This document shows, in pieces, positions 27,535-37,260 of a DNA stretch of 64,000 nucleotides (position 1 is the first letter of the stretch; each line of letters begins with the position of its first letter). The stretch spans positions 1-64,000 of IMG/VR virus record IMGVR_UViG_3300034691_000037. One strand, given 5' to 3'. A program made the position numbers and the translations under genes. Under the pieces are notes generated by a model. It did not search any database and was not told where the DNA came from. It saw nothing but the letters and a program-made list of their open reading frames with translations. The DNA comes from a virus.

Positions 27535-27932
27535 TCGAGTACCATTAATAGAAGAACTTGGGGTGTAGAGATAAACAGAGATGTGGGCGACGAGGATGGT
27601 CTGATAAACAGTGGCTTTACTCCAGCCACATCTTCAACCATCTTCATCAGTTCCGAAAGCGCTCTCAGCGAATAACCGGCCGGTAACATTTCGGACATTT
27701 CATGAATGGCCTCATCGTAAGACAAGTAAGTGTCAGGGAACGCGGATGCTGCGTCTTCCTTAAGGAAATGATCCGGTACTTGTACAGGGACCATAAGGTT
27801 GATGGAAGTACCCGCATCCTCTTTCTTTTCTTTAATAAGGACATGTTGAGCTTCGCTGGTAGTGTTAAGGTCGTCCAGCTGTTTGCGAAAGCGCTCAATC
27901 AGGGCAATCTCGTTAGCATTGAAGTTGTTCAT
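27531..27932 (-). CDS. Hypothetical protein, paralog of 7398..7802
   Basis: VPVQVPDHFLKED versus IPATLPSHFYDKD. Confidence 0.7.
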   Translation of the reverse strand: MNNFNANEIALIERFRKQLDDLNTTSEAQHVLIKEKKEDAGTSINLMVPVQVPDHFLKEDAASAFPDTYLSYDEAIHEMSEMLPAGYSLRALSELMKMVEDVAGVKPLFIRPSSSPTSLFISTPQVLLLMVLE

Positions 27933-27949
27933 AAATAAACCTAGTTGTG

Positions 27950-27993
27950 TAAAAAAAGAAAGCATATAGCCGGGGCACTGCCCCGGCTATATG
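27950..27993 (-). terminator. Intrinsic terminator, CATA/TATG-closed
   Basis: catatagccgggg/ccccggctatatg followed by T-tract. Confidence 0.8.
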
Positions 27994-28001
27994 TCGCACA
28001 G

Positions 28002-28898
28002 TTACTTCACCGCTGCTGCTTGACGCACGTTACGCACGATGGCCTTGTCGACGACGGTCTGAAGAAGCTCAGCGTCGTTTTCGTCCATGCCTTCGAAGAA
28101 CGCATTGTTGTACACGAACTGAGCACGCAGGCAATAGGTGTCCGGCCTCAGTGTGGTGGAGGTTTCGATACCGTTGGTCGAAAGAACTTCACAGGTCACG
28201 TACAGCGGATTGGAATTCGAGTCCTTGACTTTCTTGAAAGCACTGACATCGATCTCGCCGATGCGCAGGTCTTCTTTGAACTCACCGGTAATTTCACCAG
28301 AGATCTTGCCTTGACGGCCGACGTAGATCAAACCAGCGATAGGGATGTCAATACCGCCTTTACGGATCTTGCCTTCAGCAGCAGCCTTGGCGGCCCAGCG
28401 CCAGTTCTTGAACCCGACGATGTTCAGATCTTTGTAGTCTTTGTCGATATTGCCGAAGTTACGCAGGGTGACTTCAGCGCCGGAGCCGTCAACAATGGCA
28501 ACGCCCATGTTCTTGTAGTCGCTATCAGACAGGTCGGCAAAGTCTTTGACCTTGCTATTCTTGCCATGAATCCAGTAGATCGCTTCCTGGTGGGCATCGG
28601 TAGTGGAGATGTCGGTCGGCATCGGACGCGAGGTTACCGCATCGTTTTGCAGGATCGCGATATCACATTCGCCGGACTTCAGGCGGGTAGCGGAATCGAC
28701 GGAACCTTTGGTGTTGACGAACTTGACAACTACCAGACTTTTGGAGTTGGACTGGATCTCGGTACCAACAACCTGGCCGATCTGGCTGTAATAGCCTTCA
28801 GCAGCGCCGGTGCAGAACTTCAGCTCTTTGGGTTCAGAGGCAAGTGCCCCGAACGAGATGGCCATCAAGGCCAGGACAGCGTAGAACATTTTCTTCAT
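28002..28898 (-). CDS. TAXI-family TRAP solute-binding periplasmic protein
   Basis: Signal peptide; FCTGAAEGYYSQIG, NTKGSVDS, GECDIAILQND, DGSGAEVT. Confidence 0.8.
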   Translation of the reverse strand: MKKMFYAVLALMAISFGALASEPKELKFCTGAAEGYYSQIGQVVGTEIQSNSKSLVVVKFVNTKGSVDSATRLKSGECDIAILQNDAVTSRPMPTDISTTDAHQEAIYWIHGKNSKVKDFADLSDSDYKNMGVAIVDGSGAEVTLRNFGNIDKDYKDLNIVGFKNWRWAAKAAAEGKIRKGGIDIPIAGLIYVGRQGKISGEITGEFKEDLRIGEIDVSAFKKVKDSNSNPLYVTCEVLSTNGIETSTTLRPDTYCLRAQFVYNNAFFEGMDENDAELLQTVVDKAIVRNVRQAAAVK

Positions 28899-28926
28899 CG
28901 TCTTACTTCCTAGTGGGTATTGCGGG

Positions 28927-29163
28927 TTATTGTTTAATGGTTACAGGTACGCCAAGCATTACAAGACCTTCCAGCAATGACTGCGGTTGTTGGTCTTTTG
29001 GCAATGCCCGCACTTCGGCAATACGATTTTCCAACTCAACTGCTGCGACGTTGTAGGCAGAGTAGTTGGGAACCGGTTCAGGTTTAAGCCAAGCAACGCC
29101 GGCCGCTTGAGCCCGCATTCGTTTATAGAGCGCCATTGCGTCAAGCTGAAAACTACTGGACAT
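28927..29163 (-). CDS. Hypothetical protein
   Basis: ORF in gene string. Confidence 0.65.
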   Translation of the reverse strand: MSSSFQLDAMALYKRMRAQAAGVAWLKPEPVPNYSAYNVAAVELENRIAEVRALPKDQQPQSLLEGLVMLGVPVTIKQ

Positions 29164-29171
29164 CTAACCCC

Positions 29172-29498
29172 CTATTGGGCACCAGGGGTTTTACACATGG
29201 TGATGATAAGCTGTTCGATCAACTCATCCGCCTTATGTAAATCCTCTGTAAATATTGTTTCAACAAAGCCATCGCTATCAAGGGTACCGGCAACCGCCTT
29301 CGCGCCAATCAGTGCAGCGTACAGACTAAACTCCCAAGAGGAATTGCCGAATGGTCGCTTGCTGTCAAAGTTTGACTTAGCTTGCCACAGAGTAAACAAC
29401 AAGCTTTGAAGGTAATTGCGGATAGACGATTTAGGACCACCCTTTTCAAACTGCCATTCGAGATCAAGCAGTTCATCATGAGTTATCTCGGTTGCCAT
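29172..29498 (-). CDS. Hypothetical protein, tandem paralog of 29483..29875
   Basis: LLFTLW...FDSKRPFGNSSW. Confidence 0.8.
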   Translation of the reverse strand: MATEITHDELLDLEWQFEKGGPKSSIRNYLQSLLFTLWQAKSNFDSKRPFGNSSWEFSLYAALIGAKAVAGTLDSDGFVETIFTEDLHKADELIEQLIITMCKTPGAQ

Positions 29499-29875
29499 GA
29501 TTCCGCCAAGGTTTTAGCACAGTCGGGAGTCGAGCACATGGCTGTGATCAGACCCATTGTGATATCGGAAGCCTTCTTGACATTACCGTCACCACGTTCC
29601 CAGCCGAACATGGTTTCGTCAATATCACCTTCAATGGCTTTAGCGGCTACGAGAGCTTCGTAGAAGTCAAGCTGCCAACCACTATTACCCCACGGCCATT
29701 TAGAATCAAAACTCTCACCCCTTTCCCAAAGGGTCAGCAACAGATGCTTAAGGAAGTCACGGATACGGACTTTACCTACATCACGGAAATCCCACTCGAA
29801 ATCGAGCAACTCCGGATTCTCGCAAACAAGCGGTGCTGGTACGAACCGCACGCCATTGATCAGAACTTCAGTCAT
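29483..29875 (-). CDS. Hypothetical protein, tandem paralog of 29172..29498
   Basis: LLLTLW...FDSKWPWGNSGW. Confidence 0.8.
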   Translation of the reverse strand: MTEVLINGVRFVPAPLVCENPELLDFEWDFRDVGKVRIRDFLKHLLLTLWERGESFDSKWPWGNSGWQLDFYEALVAAKAIEGDIDETMFGWERGDGNVKKASDITMGLITAMCSTPDCAKTLAESWQPR

Positions 29876-30452
29876 TGTCTTTCACCCGTGACTGGTGAAC
29901 GATGTCGTCCTGGATAACATCGTAGTAAATCTGTATATCCAGGAGGTACTTACGATCCTGAGTATAAGCCTGGACCGCGTAGTGGTTCTGTTCAGGCTCA
30001 CCGTCGAGACAGGTCACGAGATGATAAGCCTTGAATGCGTTTACTGCACCACGCACCAGAGCCGCAGCTGCACCAGTATCGTTCTGGTTGATGTCCTCAA
30101 TCATGAAGAGGAACTCATCCATCGTACCAGCATCTACAAATTCCTGATGGAGCTGAGGAACGTCACGACGGGTAGCCTGGACTGAAAGGAACGGTTCAGG
30201 TTCTCCACGGACCTGACTGTTCCAGAGCACCGCGACGGAGTCATCCGTCTTGACGCAAGTGGCGACATAGTCAGGATGCTGCAGTCGGTAGTCTGCTTTT
30301 GCAAACTCTTCTTGAAGCGATATCACCAGCGACCAAATGGGAAACTCGGCATGCATGCCGGCCAGGTCGTTGAGTACGTGCATCTGGCTGAGTTGGAACT
30401 TAGTAGCCAAGTCCAGCAGTCGTTTTTCTTCAAACTTATTAACGGTGCTCAT
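29868..30452 (-). CDS. Hypothetical protein
   Basis: Coupled; C-terminal half resembles 33748..34035. Confidence 0.75.
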   Translation of the reverse strand: MSTVNKFEEKRLLDLATKFQLSQMHVLNDLAGMHAEFPIWSLVISLQEEFAKADYRLQHPDYVATCVKTDDSVAVLWNSQVRGEPEPFLSVQATRRDVPQLHQEFVDAGTMDEFLFMIEDINQNDTGAAAALVRGAVNAFKAYHLVTCLDGEPEQNHYAVQAYTQDRKYLLDIQIYYDVIQDDIVHQSRVKDND

Positions 30453-31204
30453 TAATCGTCCGCCACTTTAGGACCCTGAGTAACGCTGACAACGCCACTG
30501 GCGATCAGCGCGCTCAAAGGCACAGGTTGCTTGTAGTTCATGGTTTCGTTCTGACGGGCTTCTGCTTCACGGTACTTAGGTACCCAATGCGGGAAGTCCA
30601 GACCGGTCAGCATTTCAAGGTCAGCGTGGATATAGCCCACTACAAACCACTCGTAGCCTTCATCGAGCTCAGCTACCAGGGTAATGTATGGTTTACCTGT
30701 CTTCGGATCGGTCTCAAACCCGCTGGCCGCAAACTGGTGAAACCCAGGACGGTCGGAGAAACGGTGAACAAAGCTGAAATCAAGCAAATCGTCTTTCGAC
30801 GTAGCGATGACGTTTTGGCAATCAGCATCAACGTAAGCCGGAAGGTGCTGAACCAGACGGAACGTCTTACCTTCTTGCCGGGCCTTTTCTTCGGCCATTT
30901 GTTCAGGGTTGGCAATGACCAGGACTTTACCTTGCTCCGGCAATGAAATAGTCGTACCGTCGAGAAGCATACGTGCATGCATCAGCTTGGTCACTATTTT
31001 GACCATGCTTTCCATGACCGCAGTGTGGACATCATTATGTTGAATATGAGCGGTGTGCCATTGATGCACAGCGCCGATGGAGATGGTGGTCGCTAAGATT
31101 GCGACCGTATGCCGCTCATTATCCCGGCCGTTGAACTTGTGTTCGACCGAGGTGATCCAAGCCAGCAGATCTTCCCACTTATAAATGCAGATTTTTTCGA
31201 GCAT
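30452..31204 (-). CDS. Two-domain hypothetical protein; N-domain paralogous to 38590..38898
   Basis: IYKWEDLLAWITSVEHKF versus IQKPTDLLQFVDSIKHDF. Confidence 0.75.
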   Translation of the reverse strand: MLEKICIYKWEDLLAWITSVEHKFNGRDNERHTVAILATTISIGAVHQWHTAHIQHNDVHTAVMESMVKIVTKLMHARMLLDGTTISLPEQGKVLVIANPEQMAEEKARQEGKTFRLVQHLPAYVDADCQNVIATSKDDLLDFSFVHRFSDRPGFHQFAASGFETDPKTGKPYITLVAELDEGYEWFVVGYIHADLEMLTGLDFPHWVPKYREAEARQNETMNYKQPVPLSALIASGVVSVTQGPKVADD

Positions 31205-31215
31205 GGTTAAACCCC

Positions 31216-31722
31216 TTACGATGTCAGGATGTATTTCATATTGTCTTCTGTGAGCATCTTTTGGATCTCAAGAAGTTTTGTCGGGACTGAAAACTTATCG
31301 CCTAGTTGATCGCGGATTACTGTCAGGGCAATGGCATCTTCAATCCGAATAGCCTTAACCTCTGTAGCCGCACAGGTCTTTGCAACAACATGAGTGTCTC
31401 GCTGCGTCAGAAGGGTTACGTGCTCTGCCAGATAAGGGCCAAGCTGAGCCCAGTTCCGCGTAGGTTCCCAGCGACCGTTGATCCTTGAGTCAGGACCCTC
31501 ATGCCATAGCTTCCATTCAAGATCTACGATCACGGCCGGTTTCTCCATGCAGTGGAGCAACTTAGCATTGTTACCAGGATAAGTGCCATCGTGCATGTTG
31601 AAGATAGGCGTGTCCTTAGTGGCAGCAGCAAGCGCCCAATCGAGTACCACGCCGGTCAGTAGCGGATCGTTGTAACGAAGAACCGTCAGATCAAGATCTG
31701 GATCATCTTCAGAGTACTTCAT
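31216..31722 (-). CDS. NinX/DUF2591-like phage protein
   Basis: LTGVVLDWALAAA...WEPTRNWAQLGP. Confidence 0.65.
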   Translation of the reverse strand: MKYSEDDPDLDLTVLRYNDPLLTGVVLDWALAAATKDTPIFNMHDGTYPGNNAKLLHCMEKPAVIVDLEWKLWHEGPDSRINGRWEPTRNWAQLGPYLAEHVTLLTQRDTHVVAKTCAATEVKAIRIEDAIALTVIRDQLGDKFSVPTKLLEIQKMLTEDNMKYILTS

Positions 31723-31735
31723 GCATTGCCCCTTA

Positions 31736-32404
31736 TCAGTAAAGGTATTTGCCGTGCGTGGTGTAGATGCTGAAAACATCCAGATATTCCTTGATCTCAG
31801 CAGCTCGCTGTTTCGACCAGGCCCACGCAGGTAAGGTACTGTGACAAGTAACTACCGTATTTTCATGCATGTCCAACTCGACATTAAGAGCCTGTGCGGA
31901 TTTACCATGACATACATGTTGGCACATTGCGTCAAATTGTGCCTTTGTCAGAGGCTTGCTGCCGTATTCCTGATCGATCGGAACACTAGCAGTAATCGCT
32001 TTACCGTAAGGACTTGGCTGATCATCCTGCATCCTCATCTTGGCCATGAGGTTCAGTTCCCACGCGGCCGGCTTTACAGTGTGAGCAGTCAGCAACTTAC
32101 CAGCGCCCATAGCGTGCGCTGTAGTGATCGCAATTGCTTTGGCCACCTCATGCGTCACGTCATGACACAGAAAGCGCTGATCAAAATCACCGGCGCTTAC
32201 AGGCGCATAGGCGTTGAGGAACTCGCGCAGAGCATAGTTGTTGATACGGTGAGTGCGCTTGGCGAAGTCGTTCATATACGCAATCATGGACGACACGTCA
32301 TACGCGGACGGGGTCAGTGTGGTGAGTACCAGATGAAACAGACCCGTAGCGCGATGAGTTAGCACTACCACGCAATAAGGTTTATCTTTGTGGATGATAC
32401 TCAT
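31736..32404 (-). CDS. Hypothetical protein, paralog of 14983..15681 C-domain
   Basis: YCVVVLTHRATGLF...LLTAHTV...W. Confidence 0.7.
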   Translation of the reverse strand: MSIIHKDKPYCVVVLTHRATGLFHLVLTTLTPSAYDVSSMIAYMNDFAKRTHRINNYALREFLNAYAPVSAGDFDQRFLCHDVTHEVAKAIAITTAHAMGAGKLLTAHTVKPAAWELNLMAKMRMQDDQPSPYGKAITASVPIDQEYGSKPLTKAQFDAMCQHVCHGKSAQALNVELDMHENTVVTCHSTLPAWAWSKQRAAEIKEYLDVFSIYTTHGKYLY

Positions 32405-32811
32405 TTCTTACCCTCAAAGAACGCTTTGAAGACATCGCTGACTGGCTCCTTACTGCCCGGCGCAAGGTCGTGGAAATGCACTTCATTGATGACAGTGATG
32501 TGTGGTTTTCGGTCTGTCAAAGAACCCCGCTCGGCGCGACTGATGGTTTGAAACTTAGGTAAGTCGATCACCTGAGCTACGCCGTAAGTCGCACGACGGT
32601 TGTAGAGATCGATGTACTCTTCCAGCTTCGGAAGATTACGTTCTGCACGTAGACGCGCAGGATCATCAGGAGGGGAGTGTTTGATCAAGTCGCGCATCTC
32701 TTCCAGTTCTTCTTTGGCTTCGATACCGCTAGTGCCAGCGTAGACATGGCTGATCAGTTTCATTTCTTGTTCCAGCGTTAAAGCCAGTGATTCTTCAGCG
32801 TCGTTGCTCAT
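32401..32811 (-). CDS. Hypothetical protein
   Basis: ATGA-coupled. Confidence 0.7.
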   Translation of the reverse strand: MSNDAEESLALTLEQEMKLISHVYAGTSGIEAKEELEEMRDLIKHSPPDDPARLRAERNLPKLEEYIDLYNRRATYGVAQVIDLPKFQTISRAERGSLTDRKPHITVINEVHFHDLAPGSKEPVSDVFKAFFEGKK

Positions 32812-33389
32812 ACACGATCCCCTTGAATGTAGCATGATTGTCCAGGTTTGTGAATAGCATCGCCTTTAACGCGCTGCACACCCAGATCGGCAATAGTGCC
32901 AGAGAAGCCTTTGTTTTCAAACAGCTGTACTTTGAAGTACAGCAGATCGAGGCCGAGCACGTTCATTACCGAATGACCTGCCGATCGCTGCAATTCGTAT
33001 TCGCTATTTAGCGCCCAGAATCGGTCCTGTTTGATTTCTTCACCAGCCTTCTCAGCGGTGAGGCCTTCGTACATCAGCATCCGCTGCTTTGAGTTCATCA
33101 GCGTGATCTGCACGGGATAAGCTTCATCACCCACTACGACCATAGCGGGATGACCATCTTCGGCAAACTTCTCACCCAGGACTTTAAACTGAGCGTAGAG
33201 GGATTCGAGGTATTCGAAGTGCTCGTTGTAGTCTTCGGCATCCAGGATGGGTTTGATGATATCATCACGGACTTGGTTACAGCAGAACTTACGGAACCGT
33301 GTGATGACCTTCTTGAGTTCTTTACGGTCAGTGTGGAATGCAAAAATTAACGCGAGGCGTTCCATTGCGGAAGTGGCATTATACATCAT
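32808..33389 (-). CDS. Hypothetical protein
   Basis: 193-aa ORF. Confidence 0.75.
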   Translation of the reverse strand: MMYNATSAMERLALIFAFHTDRKELKKVITRFRKFCCNQVRDDIIKPILDAEDYNEHFEYLESLYAQFKVLGEKFAEDGHPAMVVVGDEAYPVQITLMNSKQRMLMYEGLTAEKAGEEIKQDRFWALNSEYELQRSAGHSVMNVLGLDLLYFKVQLFENKGFSGTIADLGVQRVKGDAIHKPGQSCYIQGDRV

Positions 33390-33448
33390 GACTTACTCAA
33401 AAATACAAAAGGTAAAACGCTCACGGCTTGTCCGTGAGCGCTATGTTG

Positions 33449-33736
33449 TTACTTCTCGAATGGTGCGTAGATACCGAGGTTAGCACCACCTTCGATATCA
33501 ATCAGTACTGCCATTCGGCGCTCACCACTGACGTAGGTTTCCTTTACAAGCGACACCTCGCAGTTCTTCAGCGTCTCGCCGCTCTGGTCGGCGATCAACA
33601 TCATCTCAAGACCATCTGCCAGATACTCGTAAGCAGGGCAAGGGTTTTCTAGCAGATAGAGATTTAGTTGATGACAGCCAAGCTCACCCACTACTGTCGT
33701 GAACGTTTCACGATCAAACGAAACTTTAACTGACAT
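33449..33736 (-). CDS. Hypothetical protein
   Basis: GAGG RBS. Confidence 0.7.
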   Translation of the reverse strand: MSVKVSFDRETFTTVVGELGCHQLNLYLLENPCPAYEYLADGLEMMLIADQSGETLKNCEVSLVKETYVSGERRMAVLIDIEGGANLGIYAPFEK

Positions 33737-33747
33737 GGGAGTAGCCT

Positions 33748-34035
33748 CTATTTACTGCGGATTGATTTGATGGTGATAGTTTCATCAGAATCTGGGAAGT
33801 TGATGTCTAATACATACCGCCAAAGGCCGTCTGGGGATGTTGACTTCATCAACAGGTAAGTCACATCCCGAGGATTTTCCTCATCAGGGCCGAAGGTGTG
33901 GACGATCGAGAACCAGCGAGCAACCGAGGCGCTTTGTTCGGTTCCTTCGTTAGTCAAATCTTCAAGTAACCCATGAAGAAATGTTAAACCTCTACCGGAA
34001 CGAACCGTTTCAGCCCCTGGCGTAACTTCCATCAT
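33748..34035 (-). CDS. Hypothetical protein
   Basis: Coupled ORF. Confidence 0.7.
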   Translation of the reverse strand: MMEVTPGAETVRSGRGLTFLHGLLEDLTNEGTEQSASVARWFSIVHTFGPDEENPRDVTYLLMKSTSPDGLWRYVLDINFPDSDETITIKSIRSK

Positions 34036-34331
34036 TTAAGCACCTCCTCATCAGGCAGGGCAATGGTGTCATCCACATCGCTGGCCGCACTGGCCATGTG
34101 CTGAGCGATAAACTGCGCTGGCGCAAACTCAGCCTTGCTGGAGGCGAAGCTGTAGAGCGCCAGCGTTACCATCCAGTCAGGTTCATTGCCGACGTTCATC
34201 AGCAAGTCGGCAATGCGGTTAAGCAAAGCCTCTTCACCGATTTCGAAGACGTTGACCTTTTGAGCTTTCAAGGCGTTGTGCTTGGCCAGCATTGCTTTGT
34301 TGAAGATTTTGAGCTGTTTGCTGAGAGACAT
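34032..34331 (-). CDS. Hypothetical protein
   Basis: Coupled ORF. Confidence 0.7.
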   Translation of the reverse strand: MSLSKQLKIFNKAMLAKHNALKAQKVNVFEIGEEALLNRIADLLMNVGNEPDWMVTLALYSFASSKAEFAPAQFIAQHMASAASDVDDTIALPDEEVLK

Positions 34332-34666
34332 TACTTACCATCCTTAAATTTGCGGTCCCAGTTGATCTCTTTAGACCATTCTGGCTTATTGGTTACAGGG
34401 CGTTCTTGCTTGCGGTAGTAGTCGCCGATAGGGACCCTGTGCAAGACCACACCTTCATTCATGAGGATCACCTCATCACGAAACAGATCACCTGGATGCT
34501 GCACGGTGCCGTGATGGAGTTGGATCACATCGCTTTTGTTCTCGCCCATCTTTTCGATGAACTCTGCCACATGGGCACGCGTCAGGTAGTCGTTCTGGCG
34601 GAAGTTTTCTAAAGCCTTTCTTACCAACTCTTCGCCATTGGCGACGGTAACAGAAAGAGTAGCCAT
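34331..34666 (-). CDS. Hypothetical protein
   Basis: GAGG RBS; coupled. Confidence 0.7.
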   Translation of the reverse strand: MATLSVTVANGEELVRKALENFRQNDYLTRAHVAEFIEKMGENKSDVIQLHHGTVQHPGDLFRDEVILMNEGVVLHRVPIGDYYRKQERPVTNKPEWSKEINWDRKFKDGK

Positions 34667-34673
34667 GATAACC

Positions 34674-35237
34674 TCACTTACATAAAGCCGCGTGAGAAAT
34701 AGCCGCAGCCTTCTTGTTGATGATGAAGGTGTACGAATCAGCAGGCTTCAGCGCCGCAGTCCCTCGTTCACCTTCCGAAACAATGGTGACAACGGGTTGC
34801 TCGCTACCCTTACTGCTGACGATAACCATGCCGGTACCCCTCACGTCGATCAGGGTCTTTTCAGAAATACTGGACTTGTCGATACTGCGCCACCCCAGCA
34901 CATCCATGAACGGATAGCTGTAGGTACGAGTACCTGTGATGCTGTATCCGCCGACATCCATCTCACAGGTACGGAAGTCGTTCAGATAGCCTTTCGTGGA
35001 GGTGCTGTAAGCGTAGTAGCCTCCAGCACCGATTACGACGATTGCGAGAACCAGCGCTACAGCAATCGTTCGATAAAGAATACGTTTTGCCGCCTTAGCA
35101 CCAGCGCGGACAGTCATTAAACTACGGGCACGCAAACCAGCATCCAATTTTTCAGGATGGGCTTCTGCCGCTTGTTCAAGAGTCAAAGAATTGCTATTAC
35201 CAGTTTCAACGAGGGTTGTCATTGCGACTAACTCCAA
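34674..35237 (-). CDS. Single-TM membrane protein with beta-rich external domain
   Basis: TM IAVALVLAIVVIGAGGYY. Confidence 0.75.
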   Translation of the reverse strand: MELVAMTTLVETGNSNSLTLEQAAEAHPEKLDAGLRARSLMTVRAGAKAAKRILYRTIAVALVLAIVVIGAGGYYAYSTSTKGYLNDFRTCEMDVGGYSITGTRTYSYPFMDVLGWRSIDKSSISEKTLIDVRGTGMVIVSSKGSEQPVVTIVSEGERGTAALKPADSYTFIINKKAAAISHAALCK

Positions 35238-35261
35238 AAGTTTAAAAGTGTGCTGCTCGGT

Positions 35262-35588
35262 TTAACGACTAGGGGTTAAGCTGGTTACCAACTTCTCAAG
35301 AAGAGTTTTCTTGACAGTGATTGGTTTGTTCTCATCCAAGATGCGGATGACGGTATTGCGGCAACGCTGGTCACGTAAATCAATACGTGATAGTCGGCGC
35401 CGCGCATGTGCGATATCGCCATCGGCAGAAATGACAGTAATGTCTTTAAAGCCCGCGTGCTCCAGAGTTTCTTGAATCAGCGCGGCGATCACCGTTTTAC
35501 CTGCACGATTAGTACCACGCAGTTCGATCTCGATCTCAAGTCCATCTACTGGTTCATTCTTAACGACCGTAACTTTGCGAATGGTCAT
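35262..35588 (-). CDS. Small P-loop-like protein
   Basis: IELRGTNRAGKT. Confidence 0.6.
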   Translation of the reverse strand: MTIRKVTVVKNEPVDGLEIEIELRGTNRAGKTVIAALIQETLEHAGFKDITVISADGDIAHARRRLSRIDLRDQRCRNTVIRILDENKPITVKKTLLEKLVTSLTPSR

Positions 35589-35599
35589 CTGTGATTCCT

Positions 35600-36127
35600 T
35601 TAAGCAGCTAGCTCGATTAAGTCCTTACAGGACACGCCGTTCTCGACATGCAGTTCCAACAGGGTCAGCAACATGTCTTTACTGAAAGCACTGAGCTGCG
35701 GCAGTACAGACTCATCGTCACCCGCGAGTAACGCGATGATAGTACCTTTAACAATACCGGCGCCAATGAACATACCGGCCGCCATTGCAATGACAGCAGG
35801 ACTACCTTCAGAGAAGTCCAGAAGGTTTTTCGAAATGTGATTAATGTTATCAGTCGACATGGAAAGATGACGGACGTGGTTAGCGATATGCGCGGTCTTA
35901 ACGAGCATGACCATTGCCTCTTCGGTACCTTCGAAGATCGTGATGTCAATACAGCCCATGACCTCAGTCTGTACAACAACGCGCGTTGGCGTGACTTCCA
36001 TCAACTGTCCGCCGAAGCCCAGCTCGCAGCTAATGAGTACGTTAAGCGACTTACTTAACGTCCAGTCATGAATGCTGTTGTAAACGTCACCACCACCTTT
36101 GTTGCGGTTTTGAGTTACTGTGATCAT
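35600..36127 (-). CDS. Hypothetical protein
   Basis: Coupled ORF. Confidence 0.75.
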   Translation of the reverse strand: MITVTQNRNKGGGDVYNSIHDWTLSKSLNVLISCELGFGGQLMEVTPTRVVVQTEVMGCIDITIFEGTEEAMVMLVKTAHIANHVRHLSMSTDNINHISKNLLDFSEGSPAVIAMAAGMFIGAGIVKGTIIALLAGDDESVLPQLSAFSKDMLLTLLELHVENGVSCKDLIELAA

Positions 36128-36714
36128 TCTTTAGCATCCTTTTTCGTTACTGTTTCGTGAAGCCACTCACTTTCTTCAGCGATTACCGCGTAATCGAGGA
36201 CAACTGTAACAAGCTTCAACTTGCAGGGACTCAAGAGCTGAGTGACCAGCTTGCGACTTTCTGGGTCGAAATTATAAACGGGGGCGACCCAGCCCTTTCC
36301 CAACAACCACTTGACGCCCGTCCACCAGATCCGCGCCATTGGCTGCCTGTTAATAAAAGGCTGTGCGGCGACTTCTTCATCAACCTTTCTGATGGCGGCT
36401 TCCGTAAACGGTTGTATAAGGTGAGGTACCGCCAGACTGGAATACCGATACTCTACTACTTTCTTCGGGTCATCGCAGGTAACAAGGATGCTGTAGATCG
36501 AACAACAAACTTCAGTTGTACCATCCCCGATTTCAAGAACCGTATTGGTCAGCCATGCGCCATGGACGTGGTTACGATAATCTTCCAGGGCGTAAGCAAC
36601 AGCCTCCCAAAACTCTGACGGCTTTTCTACCAACTGTTGTTTAATCACATTGACGATAACATCAAAGCGCGCGGATGCCTCTTTAATGTAACGCCGTGAC
36701 TCAAGACTTAACAT
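36124..36714 (-). CDS. Hypothetical protein
   Basis: GGAGG RBS after promoter motif. Confidence 0.75.
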   Translation of the reverse strand: MLSLESRRYIKEASARFDVIVNVIKQQLVEKPSEFWEAVAYALEDYRNHVHGAWLTNTVLEIGDGTTEVCCSIYSILVTCDDPKKVVEYRYSSLAVPHLIQPFTEAAIRKVDEEVAAQPFINRQPMARIWWTGVKWLLGKGWVAPVYNFDPESRKLVTQLLSPCKLKLVTVVLDYAVIAEESEWLHETVTKKDAKE

Positions 36715-36748
36715 TTTCTACCTCCCTTAATGAGCATGTGTCAAGTTA

Positions 36749-36762
36749 GTAATGTAGGACTA
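36749..36762 (-). promoter_or_regulatory. Putative phage early promoter
   Basis: TAGTCCTACATTAC. Confidence 0.6.
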
Positions 36763-36785
36763 GCCGCTGTTTACTTCTGCCAACC

Positions 36786-37250
36786 TTAACGTTGCCAGTG
36801 TTTAGCAGGCTTACCTTGGCGGTTGACACCCGTTGGACTTACCGGCGGTGGGCGGCGCGGTTCGAGGGGGCGTACTTTCCGAACATTTCGGAACTGAGTA
36901 GGTTCACCACCTGTAAGGAAATGGTTAGCGTAAAGGTTATAGTTAGCACCACCCACTAGGATGATTTCTTTCTGCCGAACCTTTTCCTCGTGCAGAATCA
37001 CGCCAAAGCCCATCTTCTTCAGAACCGCATGATACTTATCGATATCTTTAGAGAAAATGACCGGCGTGTCCTTATAGAGGTCCTGCATTTCTTTCAGGAT
37101 CTGCTCCTTTGGAACGCTATCAGGATCTGAATAAAACATGATCACTACTTCCGCACCGCCGGTGGCCGTAGCCACAGTCAGTACATCACGCTCATTATCC
37201 ACCCAATAGTCAATGAGTGGATCAAACCCATGGTGCTTAACAAATCCCAT
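36786..37250 (-). CDS. Hypothetical protein with Pro/Arg tail
   Basis: AAGGAG RBS. Confidence 0.75.
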   Translation of the reverse strand: MGFVKHHGFDPLIDYWVDNERDVLTVATATGGAEVVIMFYSDPDSVPKEQILKEMQDLYKDTPVIFSKDIDKYHAVLKKMGFGVILHEEKVRQKEIILVGGANYNLYANHFLTGGEPTQFRNVRKVRPLEPRRPPPVSPTGVNRQGKPAKHWQR

Positions 37251-37260
37251 GTTGCTCTCC

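Noticed and set aside
27945-28913. Long antisense ORFs (also 9213..9959, 17990..18937, 41674..42657, 49130..49897 on plus; 58589..59473 on minus)
   Set aside because: They mirror well-supported genes on the other strand, lack RBS and motifs, and are the expected shadow of codon bias.
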